This document shows positions 19,127 through 29,000 of a stretch of DNA of 64,000 nucleotides, piece by piece; position 1 is the first letter of the stretch, and each line of letters starts with the position of its first letter. A program made the translations under genes and the position numbers. The notes under the pieces were generated by a model. The model was given only the letters and a program-made list of their open reading frames with translations. It made no database searches and was not told the DNA's origin. The stretch comes from Terriglobia bacterium (GTDB lineage: Bacteria; Acidobacteriota; Polarisedimenticolia; Polarisedimenticolales; JAIQFR01). The stretch spans positions 512,001 through 576,000 of the forward strand of contig CAVVHE010000009.1 of NCBI GenBank assembly GCA_963748015.1, in the 5' to 3' direction.

Positions 19127-22100
19127 ATGCCTGGCAAGAGACTCGTGGCACTCTCGACCGTTCTTCTCTCGTCGTTCATGGCCGCCGGGCCTGTCGCGGC
19201 CGATCGGGCGGCTGCCGGGCCGGCGGGTGTCCCGGGAGACTGGATGGCCCGTGTCCAGGAGGACATCCGTGTCTCCGAGTACCAGGTCACGTGGCAGACG
19301 CAGATCTCCCTGCCGGGCGTCGACGCGGCATGGCAGGCGCCCAACCGCGCCCACGGCTTCCGCACGTACTTCACGGAGCGCGGCGTTCGCGTGGTCCCGA
19401 GAACGGAAGCGGCGCCGTCGTGGGAATGGGGCCTCGACCTCCTCGGGCACGGGCGGGGTGAGGCGCTAGTCCCGGCTGAGAAGCCCCGGCTCGCCCCCGA
19501 TCACAACAGGCTCGACTACGACCGCGGGGCGATTCGCGAGTGGTACGTGAACTCCGAGCGGGGCCTCGAGCAGGGGTTCACGATCGCGGCGCCGCCCGAG
19601 GGCCCTCGCCGGCGCGCTGAGGATCGAGCTGGAGCTGACCGGGAGCCTCCGGCCTGTGTTCTCGACCGACGGCCAGGCCGTGGACTTCGCAACGCCCGAC
19701 GGCCCGTATGCGATCCATTACGCCGAGCTGAAGGTCACCGACTCGCGGCTCCGGGAGGTCCCCGCCTACATGGAAGGGTTCTCGCGGGACGGTCTTCGGG
19801 GGATCCGCATCGTGATGGACGACCGGGAGGCGGTGTATCCCCTGACGGTCGATCCGCTGGCGACCAGTCCGGCCTGGATGGGCGAGAGCGACCAGGCCGG
19901 CGCCTCCTTCGGCGAATCCGTCGCCACGGCGGGCGACGTCAACGGCGACCTCTACGGCGACGTCATCGTCGGCGCGATGTTCTACGACAACGGCCAGGTC
20001 GACGAGGGGAGGATCTACGTGTATCACGGCTCGGCTTCGGGGCTGTCCTCCTCTCCGGCCGCGATCCGTGAGATCAACGTGGCGAACACCCAGTTCGGCC
20101 GCTCGGTCAGCACCGCCGGCGACGTCAATGGAGACGGCTTCAGCGACGTCATCGCCGGCGCCCCCTACGACGACAACGGGGAGTACGACGAGGGCCGTGC
20201 GTACGCCTACTACGGCTCCGCCTCGGGGATCGCCGCCTCGCCGTCGTGGATCGGCGAGATCAACGAGGTCCAGGCGCAGTTCGGCGTGAGCGTGAGCACC
20301 GCCGGCGACGTGAACGGCGACGGCTACGGCGACGTCATCGTGGGCGCGCCCAAGAAGGACTACACGCCCATTCCCGGCATCCTCGACAGCGGCGCCGTCT
20401 ACATCTACTACGGCTCCGCGAGCGGGCTGCCGTCGTCGCCCTCGAGCTGGAGGCTCAACAACGAGGCCAGTTCGGATTTCGGTGCGAGCGTCGCGTGGGC
20501 CGGCGACGTCAACGGGGACAGCTACGGCGACGTCGTCGTGGGCGCGCACCTGTCGGCCGGTGGAGGCACCCATCGCGGAGCGGTGTACCTCTACGCCGGC
20601 TCCTCCACGGGACCGAACTGGGACGGGATGTGGGGTACGGTCGGCGAGCAGGACGGCTCCGAGTTCGGACACGCGGTGGCGACCGCGGGGGACGTCAACG
20701 GGGACGGCTACTCCGACATCATCGTCAGCGCCAAGTACTACGCCAACGGGCAGGCGGGAGAAGGAAAGGCCTACGTCTTCTACGGGCCCAGTCCGACGTC
20801 GACCGCGTCGTGGAGCCAAGAGGGCGAAAGCGAATCCGCTTTCTTCGGGCAGTCGGTGGGTACCGCCGGGGACGTGAACGGCGACGGGTACGCGGACGTC
20901 GTCATCGGTGCCTACGGCTTCACCAACGACCTGTCGCACGAAGGACGGGCCTACGTGTATCTCGGTGCTTCCTCGGGCCTCAATACGAGCTCCGCCTGGA
21001 TCGGGGAAGGGAACCAGGCCGCGGCCGACTACGGGGTCTCGGTCGGTACCGCCGGCGACGTGAACGGGGATGGCTACTCCGACGTCATCGTGGGCGCCTG
21101 GAGATACGACAACGTCCAAACCGACGAGGGGGCGGCGTTCGTCTACCTCGGCTCGGCGGCGAGTCTCCTTTCGGCGGCCCAGTGGTACAAGAGCGAGCAC
21201 GAGCTGAACGGCCAGTTCGGCTACTCGGTCGCGTCGGCCGGGGACGTGAACGGCGACGGGTACGCGGACGTCATCGTCGGCGCGCCGAACTACGACAACG
21301 GCGGAGTGGATTCGGGATCGGTGTTCGCCTACTACGGGTCCTCGAGCGGGCTGGCCACGAGCTCGAGCTGGGCCAACGGCGTCAACGCGAGCAGCGCGCG
21401 CTACGGGGAGGCCGTCGCGTCCGCCGGGGACGTGAACGGGGACGGCTACGACGACGTGATCGTCGGGGCACCGACCTTGACGAACAACCTCTCGCAGCAA
21501 GGCCGTGCCTTCCTGTACCTCGGCTCCTCGTCGGGGCTGACGTCGTACATCAGTTGGATGCAGGACGGCTGGTCCGGTGTGCTGACCTTCGGCCACTCCG
21601 TGGCCTCGGCCGGCGACGTGAACGGCGACGGGTACGCGGACGTGATCATCGGGGGGGGGAGCGCCGCGTGGGCCTACTACGGGAGCCCCGCGGGGCTACC
21701 GGCCCACTGGGACTGGACATTCGGTGGGGCCGAGCCGGTCAGCGTCGCGGCCAGCGCCGGAGACGTGAACGGGGACGGTTACTTCGACGTCGTGGTCGGA
21801 GCGCCCTCGGCCACCAACGGACAGACGGGGGAAGGGCGCGCGCACGTGTTCCACGGCTCGCCGACCGGACTCCACACTTCCGCCGACTGGAGCGCGGAAG
21901 GGAACCTCGCCAGCGCGGGCTTCGGAGTTTCCGTGGCTACGGCCGGGGACGTGAACGGCGACGGCTACTCCGACGTCATCGTCGGCGCGCCGGGGTACAC
22001 GAACGGAGCGAGCGGCGAAGGGAAGGCCTTCGTGTACCACGGCTCCGCCTCCGGGCTCGCTGCGACCGCCGCCTGGGGCGTGGAGGGCAGCCTGGTCTCT

Positions 22101-23210
22101 GCCGGCTTCGGCCACTCCGTGTCCACGGCCGGGGACGTGAACGGTGACGGCTATGCCGACGTGGTCGTCGGGGCCCCGGGGTATCAGGCTTCGTACGCGG
22201 GCGAGGGGATGGCGCAGGTCTTCCTCGGCTCCGCGGCGGGATTGTCCAGCGGCGCCACGCGGAGCTACTTCGGAAGTCAGACGAACGCGCACTTCGGCGA
22301 CGCCGTCGCTTCCGCCGGCGACGTGAACGGCGACGGCTACGCCGACGTCGTCGCTGGAGCGTACGGATATGACGACGCGGGCGGCTGGACCGACGCGGGG
22401 CTGGTCAGGCTCTACTACGGGAACGGCGGGCCGGGCGTCGCACCACGGCCTCGCCAGATACGGGTCGGTGACAGCGAACCCATCGCGGAGCACGGGATGT
22501 CCGACGGTCGCACCAACTTCGGCCTACAGCTCAAGCTCCGCTCTCCGTTCGGCCGCTCCATGGCCAAGCTCGAGTACGAGGCCAAGCCGCTCGGCGTGCT
22601 CTTCGACCGCTCGGGTCTGGGGCGAGGCGCAACCTGGGCCTCGACCGGTTCTTCCGGCTCGACTCGATACGAGGAGGTGACGGGAACCTCGCAGAGCGCG
22701 GCCTATCACTGGAGAATGCGAGTTCTGTACCGGCCGGCCACGAGCCCGTTCCAGCAGTGGAGCCGTTGGATGACGCTCCCGTGGGGCGGCTGGCAGGAGA
22801 TGCGCCTCAGGACGTACTCGGTGGACGCGGACACGGACGGCTACCACGACATCGAGGACTGCAACGACGCCAACGGCAACGTCTGGTCGGACCCGACCGC
22901 GGAAACCCAGAACCTCCTCTGGGGCGCGGACGAGACGTTCCTCTCTTGGAATGCGGTGACGAGCGGCCTGGGGTGTGTGCCGGCCGCCTTGGTCTACGAC
23001 GTGCTTCGGTCGGGCACGTCGTCGAGTTTCACCTCCGCGTCGTGCCTGGACCCGGACGGCGACGACACGTCCGCGAGAGAGTTCTCGAACCCGTCCGTCG
23101 GTCAGGCGTGGTACTACCTGGTCCGGGCGGACAACGCCTGTTCCGGGGCGGGCGGCCCGTTGGGCAATCAGAGCAACGGCACGCCCCGCACCGGCCGCTC
23201 CTGTCCGTAG
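19127..23210 (+). CDS. Secreted FG-GAP (integrin-alpha-like) repeat protein, 14 repeats; one frameshift near 19600
   Basis: GGAGG RBS, signal peptide MPGKRLVALSTVLL; N-domain EWYVNSERGLEQGF; continues in the 19656..23210 frame (LRIELELTGSLRPVFSTDG) with 14 GDVNGDxxxD(V/I) repeats. Confidence 0.85.
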
Positions 23211-23231
23211 GAAAAGGGGCGGGCGCGTCTC

Positions 23232-23271
23232 GCGAGCCGGGAGCTCGACGGCGGGCTCCCGGCTTCGCTTT
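23232..23271 (+). terminator. Probable terminator between convergent genes
   Basis: Stem AGCCGGGAGC/GCTCCCGGCT followed by a short T run. Confidence 0.55.
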
Positions 23272-23814
23272 CTAGGACCGCCGCTGCGGCTTGGGCCGCA
23301 GCTCCCGGAGCTTCTCCTGCTGCTCCGGCGTGAGCAGGTTCTTGAGACGGATCAGCATCCCGAGCTGCAGCTTCTTCATTTCCGTCTCGAGCCGCATCAC
23401 CTGGTCCGCGAGGCCGAGGGCCGCCCCCTCGTCCACCCGCGGCGGCGCGATGGCGTTCCTCAGCTTCTCGACGGCCCGCCGGAGGTCGGTCTCGATGTCC
23501 AGCGTGCGGGAATGGGTCTCGTTGAGCAGCCGCTTGATGGACGTGACCTGGGGCTCGGTCAGGCCGATCGCGAGCTGATTCTCGAGCACCAACTCGGGCG
23601 GGAACAGGTCCCTCGCGAACGGCGGAGCTCCCTGGGCGCCGGGGCCCTCCGGCCTCGGCAGTCCATCCGGCCCGGGCGGACCGTCCGGCCCGCCGGGACC
23701 CGCCATGCCTCCCGGCGCGCCTCCCCCGCCCGGTGGGGGGCCGCCCGGCACGGCGTGGGCGGCGGCGGCGGCCGCGAGGGTGAGGACGAGCAGGGTCAAG
23801 GCGAAGCGTCGCAT
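23272..23814 (-). CDS. Periplasmic Spy/CpxP/ZraP-like (LTXXQ) protein
   Basis: GAGGAGG RBS; signal peptide; Gly/Pro-rich arm; IGLTEPQ and LLTPEQQEKL motifs. Confidence 0.82.
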   Translation of the reverse strand: MRRFALTLLVLTLAAAAAAHAVPGGPPPGGGGAPGGMAGPGGPDGPPGPDGLPRPEGPGAQGAPPFARDLFPPELVLENQLAIGLTEPQVTSIKRLLNETHSRTLDIETDLRRAVEKLRNAIAPPRVDEGAALGLADQVMRLETEMKKLQLGMLIRLKNLLTPEQQEKLRELRPKPQRRS

Positions 23815-23824
23815 CGCTACCTCC

Positions 23825-24256
23825 TCAAGGGTTCGCGCGGGACGGCGAGCCGGTGCGGACGGGTTCGGGCTCCGGTGCGGAGATCGTCGGGAGCTGCACC
23901 GACTCGATCTCGAGACTGGGAACGGCGACGGACACCTGCACTCCGGAGACGCTCGCGAAGCCGTCGGAGGGCGCGGTCCAATCCGACAGCTCGCGCGCCA
24001 TCGCGAGCTCCGCCGCGGAAAACGAGAGCCCGCCGCCGCGGTGACCGCGGACGAGCAGGACGCCCGCCGCGATCGCCGCGGTGGTCAGGGCCGCGGCGAG
24101 GACGAGACGAAGACCGCCGTGGCGGCGCGACGGCGCGGTCGCGCGCCGGCGGGCCTCGTTCCAGGTCCGGACGAAGGGGGGGGCGCCTTGCCGGTCCTCC
24201 CGCCGCACGGACTCGAAGAGTCCTTCCAGGTCCCGGTCGCTTCCGTTCCCGCTCAT
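23825..24256 (-). CDS. Single-TM putative anti-sigma factor
   Basis: ATGA overlap with the ECF sigma; MSGNGSDRDLEGLFESVRRED; TM LVLAAALTTAAIAAGVLLV; WTAPSDGF motif. Confidence 0.7.
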   Translation of the reverse strand: MSGNGSDRDLEGLFESVRREDRQGAPPFVRTWNEARRRATAPSRRHGGLRLVLAAALTTAAIAAGVLLVRGHRGGGLSFSAAELAMARELSDWTAPSDGFASVSGVQVSVAVPSLEIESVQLPTISAPEPEPVRTGSPSRANP

Positions 24257-24843
24257 GGACGCGCCTCGCGCGGGAGGAGCTGGCGAAGCCGGCCCTTCCC
24301 GCGCTCGTAGTGGAGCCGCGCCGTGCCGGGGGCGAGGCCCAGCACCTCCGCCGCGGACTCCACCGTCATGCCCTGATAGAACACCAGGTGCAGCACCTCG
24401 CGCTGCCGCCGCGAGAGCCGCGCGAGCGCCTCGTGGAGCAGCCTCGCCCTTTCCGAGCCGGCCAGGGTGCTCTCCGGGCCGGCCTCGCGAGCGGGCTCGA
24501 CCCGGCGGCGCCACCATCGGGCCAGGTGGATCGCATCCCGCCAGTGCGACCGGCGATGCTCGGCGGCCGTCTTGCGAATGACGGAGAACAGCCAGGTCTT
24601 GGCCGACGACCGGCCGTCGTATCGCGCCTTGCCGGTGAGGATCTTCAGATACGTCATCTGAATCACTTCCTGCGCGGCCTCCCGATCCCGCCCGCAGCAG
24701 CTGAGCGCCCATCCGAAACCGTCCGGATGGAGCGGCTCGAGACGCGAAGCGAGGTCCGCCGGGTCCATCGGCCTGCCTGACTCCCCGGTGCCCTCGATGA
24801 CTTCGTCGCGTCCCGGCGCGATCCGTATGACGCTCCCCGCCAT
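24253..24843 (-). CDS. ECF sigma factor (alternative start 24768)
   Basis: AAQEVIQMTYLK, YDGRSSAKTWLFSVIR, LSRRQREVLHLVFY, GTARLHYERGK. Confidence 0.9.
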   Translation of the reverse strand: MAGSVIRIAPGRDEVIEGTGESGRPMDPADLASRLEPLHPDGFGWALSCCGRDREAAQEVIQMTYLKILTGKARYDGRSSAKTWLFSVIRKTAAEHRRSHWRDAIHLARWWRRRVEPAREAGPESTLAGSERARLLHEALARLSRRQREVLHLVFYQGMTVESAAEVLGLAPGTARLHYERGKGRLRQLLPREARP

Positions 24844-24910
24844 GGGCCCTCGTCGGGAAAGCGAAGGACAGCGGCCGGCTGCCGGCCGCTGTCCTCGGTC
24901 CGGTTCAATA

Positions 24911-25750
24911 CTAGTGCGCGCCGATGACCCGCACACCCTTGAAGGAGAGCGACCCGCAGTTGGCTCCCGGAGGGGGCACGCAGGGCTGGTCCGGGGTCGG
25001 GCACGGGTGGTCCGCCGGGCAGACCTGCGGGCCGCAGACGGCGCCTTCGGGCGGCACGCAGCGATGATCCGGCGAGGGGCACGGATGATCCGCCGGGCAC
25101 GCCGGCAGCTCGCACTGGGCGTCCGGAGCCGGAACGCACGCGTGGTCGGGGCCCGGGCACGGATGATCCGCGGGGCAGGGCGGCGGAGGGCAGATGCCGT
25201 TCGGGCACGGAGGATGATCCGCCAGCGGGTGCAGCGGCCGCACGTCGAGCGGGATCGTCAGGGGCGGAGGCGCGGGCACGCCAGGGGCGCTCGCGACGCT
25301 GGTGGTCAGGTAGGCCGAGATGACCCCCATCGGCGGTTCGGGCGGGAGCTCCGTGGTGGCGGCGGGGGCCGGCGGGAGCTCCGGCCGGAAGAACTGCACG
25401 CGTACGGTCCCGGACACGAACGCCGGCGCCGCCGGTCCCACTATGGCGCGCACCAGGACGTGCGCCGTGGCGCCGGGCGCGATCGCCGGCAGCGGGAGCA
25501 GCGACACGGGAAGCCCGGTGTCGGGAACGAACGCCAGCTCGGCCGCCAGCGGGCCACGCCCCGCGTTGGTCACGAACAGATCGGTGCGCGTGCGCGCGCC
25601 GTCCGGTCCCACGCCGTCGGTGGCATGGGAAACGAGGAAACCGGGGAAGAGAGGCGGGCCGAGCGGCTCCGGCGGCGTCTGCGCCAGGGCGCCCGCCGAG
25701 GCGAGCGCGAGGACCGCGACGGTCACGACGAGAAACCGGGGCAATCTCAT
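24911..25750 (-). CDS. Secreted Pro-rich hypothetical protein with C-terminal Cys/His repeats
   Basis: AGGAGG RBS; signal peptide MRLPRFLVVTVAVLALASAGALA; three 26-aa repeats CPADHPCPxPDxxCVPxxxAxC. Confidence 0.75.
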   Translation of the reverse strand: MRLPRFLVVTVAVLALASAGALAQTPPEPLGPPLFPGFLVSHATDGVGPDGARTRTDLFVTNAGRGPLAAELAFVPDTGLPVSLLPLPAIAPGATAHVLVRAIVGPAAPAFVSGTVRVQFFRPELPPAPAATTELPPEPPMGVISAYLTTSVASAPGVPAPPPLTIPLDVRPLHPLADHPPCPNGICPPPPCPADHPCPGPDHACVPAPDAQCELPACPADHPCPSPDHRCVPPEGAVCGPQVCPADHPCPTPDQPCVPPPGANCGSLSFKGVRVIGAH

Positions 25751-25914
25751 GATTTCGTCCTCCTGATGGGCGGCTCGTCTCGAAACGCCGAGGCGGCCGG
25801 GGTCCGATCGAGTCAAATTCGGCACGGGCATTCGGTGATCTCCTCGACACTTCGTTTCCGGTGTCTTGGTCGGCGGCCGCGGTCTCTTGTATGACAGGGC
25901 CAATCACCCCTGCA

Positions 25915-26081
25915 GCGTCGGGAGCCCGGGGCCCGTGTCGACTCGAAGCGGCCCTCTTTTCGCGCGGCCGGTTCTTCCATACAAGGCCGCGCGAAAAGCG
26001 GAGCCAGGCGGCGCGGCGACGTTAGCCGCGCAACGCCGCAGCGTGCCGCGCGAGTCGACACGGGCCCCGGGCTCCCGACGC
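25915..26081. repeat. 167-bp element bounded by a perfect 31-bp inverted repeat, with two internal hairpins
   Basis: GCGTCGGGAGCCCGGGGCCCGTGTCGACTCG at 25915-25945 and its reverse complement at 26051-26081; internal 14-bp stem 25956-25969/25985-25998. Confidence 0.9.
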
Positions 26082-26086
26082 GGGGG

Positions 26087-29000
26087 CTAGAACTTGCGGC
26101 TCAGAGTCACCGACGCCGCGTCGCGCGAGACCGCGAAGCGGGAGGACAGGGCGGCCACATAGGGGCTGGCGGCGGCGGGCTCGCCGTTGATCGTCTCGAC
26201 GGTGAGGGTGCGGGCGGGAGAGGCGGAGCGGGTGAGGGCGGCGTCGAGGAAGTCGAGGTAGTCCGGCAGGCGGGGGGCGTCCGGCGCCACGTGGAAGAGG
26301 AGCGACCGCCCCCGTCTCTCGGACACGGCGACGAGGCGCGCGCCGTGGAAGACGACGTGGCCTCCGGGCACCCGGCGCGTCAGGCGCGGGTCGAGACCGT
26401 CGAGCGCCAGGCCGCACGGCGATGCGGGGTCGGCGGCCTGGACCCACCAGACGCGCTCCTCGTCGAGACCGCGGCCGAGACGCTCGAGCGCCGCGGGGAT
26501 CGCGAACTGGAGGCCGGGGACGCCGGCGAAGAACTCGCCGGCCACGACCTCGCCCGACAGCTCCATCAGCCGAAGCGCCCGGAACAGCCGGCCCCAGCGC
26601 AGCGCGGGCAGCTCGCGCTCCAGCAGCTCGCGGAACACGACGCCGTATCTCGCGAGCACGAGCCGCGCGCGGTCTCTGTTCGCTTCGTCCGCCTCGAGCG
26701 CGTCGGACGGCTCCTCGGGCGGCGGCAAACGGAACCACGAGCCGCCGAACGGACGCGTCGCCTGCCAGCGGTCGAAGCGCAAGCGGCCCCGACCGCCGCC
26801 GGGCTGGCGCGGCGTTTCGGCCTCCGCGGGCTCGAAGCCCGTCGCGAGCCCGCGCCGCACCGCCGCGAAGCCGTCGCTCGCGACCTCGCCGCGCCAGACG
26901 AGCTCCCACAGCCGGCGGGAAAGCTCGGCGGACGAGAGGCCCGAGCCCCGCGTCAGCTCCTCGAACGTGAACCGGCCGGGGCCGGGCGGAAGAACCGCGG
27001 CGGCGTCCGCGCTCTCGCGCGGGGCGCGCTCCGCGAAGAGCTCGCGGTCTCCGGGAAGCGCGAACGCGACCCGCCGCTCGCCCTGCCCGCTCCATTCCAT
27101 GGCGCTTCCGGCCAGAAGCGCGTCGAGCCACTCGGGCCGGTAGCCGGGGAGGCGCGCGGGGAGGAGCTCGGTCTCCCACGCGCCCGCGGGCGCTGCCCAC
27201 CCGAGAACCGGCTCGATGGCGGCCTTGAGACCCGGTACTCCCGAACCCGTGCCGCCGAGACCTTGCCACTCGGCCAGGAAGAGCGGGAGCCTGTCGGCGG
27301 GGAGGGCCTCGAAGCGGGCGCGCGCGCCTCGTCGCATCGCGCGGAGGAGCGCCTCCAGGTTCTCGGCATCGCAGATCTCGAGGGACGAAGCGCCCGCGGT
27401 CAGGCGGTCGAGCACGACGCGCTGCGCCTCCGCGAGAGACTCGAGTGCCTCCTGCTCCTGCTCGTGCGTCAGCCCCAGAGCGCGCGCGGGGACGGACGGA
27501 TCCACCGGCCCGTAGAATCGCAGCACCTCCGCCAGGAGCTCCGCGCGCGGGTCGGCGTCGCCGGCATCCTCCTCGGGCTCGCCCGCGAGCGCGCGCCGCA
27601 CGCGCGGCAGGGCCTGCGCGGCAACCAGGACCTCCGGCCCTTCGCCTCCGCCGAGGCGGACCGCGACGGCCTTGGCGCCGAGCGCCCCGGCCAGCCGCGC
27701 GGCCTCGCCGCCGTGGTCCCGCTCGATCGCGGCCAGCAGCTCGTCCCACTCGCCCCGGGGGATGACGACCCGCTCCTCGAGCCAGCTCAGCAGCTCGTCG
27801 GGAGTCCTCGGGGCGTAGCCCGGCCATGTGCGCTGGAGCTTCCGCCGCAGCTCCTCCGCCGCGGTCACGGGGATGCTCGGCCTCAGGTGCGCCGCGAAGA
27901 CGACCTCGCGAAGGAGCCCCTCGCGCGGCGCCGCGCCGCCGGCAGGCTGCACGTCGTCCTCGTACATCAGCTCGTTGGTCCGCTTCCAGATCACCCCCGA
28001 GGCGAACGGCGACGGGTGGGCCGTGGTGACGACGCGCACCTCGATGCGGCCGTCGCGGATCTCGTCGAGGAGACGCTCGAGCCGGCTCGAGGTCGAACGC
28101 GTCGGCGAGGCACGCGCGCCACGCCTCGAGGAGGACCGGGAAGTCGTCGAAGCGGCTCGTCGCGTCGAACAGCTCCTTGGCCCGCTGGCGCGAGAGCCAG
28201 AGCGGGGTGCGCCGCTTGAACCCTTCCCTCGGCAGCAGCAGCGCGACGCCGGCCGCCTCGCGGAAGCGCGCGCCGAAGAACCCGGTGCCCTCGAGACGCT
28301 CGCGGACGAGCGGCTCGATCGATCCGGCGGAGAGGAGCGAAAGCAGCCCGGCGGGATCGACCCCGGCGGAGGCGAGCGCCGCGACGCAGTCGTCGTCGTG
28401 CGCGATCTCGACCGGCGCCCCGTGCCGCGCTTCCCACGCGGCGGCGAGGGCGAGCGCCAGCGGCCGGTGGACGCGCCCGCCCCAGAGCGTGTGGAGGATC
28501 ACCTGGTCGGAGGCAGAGCCCGCTCCCGCGATCCTCTCGATCACCACGCGGTGCCGGTGGGGGAGGACGCCGCCGAGCGCGTCCCGCTGCGCCTTCAGGT
28601 ACGCCAGCAGCACGCGCGCGGCGCCGGGCTCGAGCAGGTAGTGCGACTCGAGGCGCGCCGCGAACGCCGGGTCGTCGAGACCCGCGTCCGCCTCCTCGAG
28701 GAGCAGGGCGACCCGCTCGGACAGCTCGAACCCGCGGTCGCGCTCGTCGGCCCGCCAGAAGGGGGACATCGCCGCGCCCGCGCGGGCCGGCGAGACGAGC
28801 ACGTCGTTGTGGGTGATCCGCTCGATGCGCCACCCCTGCACGCCGAGCGTGAAGGTGTCGCCCACCTACCGCTCCCACACGAACTCCTCGTCGAGCTCGC
28901 CGAGGAGCGCCTGCGTCCCTTCGCGCCGCAGGTGGAAGTAGCCGCGGTCCGGGATCGTGCCGCCCGCCCATGTAGACGAGCCGCTCGGCCCCCGGGAGGC

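Noticed and set aside
19900..22350. Regularly spaced GGCGACGTGAACGGCGACGG repeats as a possible CRISPR array
   Set aside because: They are in-frame FG-GAP coding repeats with wobble variation and mostly ~180-nt spacing; no cas genes are present.
28866..28868. TAG read-through or pyrrolysine in lhr
   Set aside because: TAG is the normal stop of many genes here and no pyl genes are seen; error or decay is simpler.
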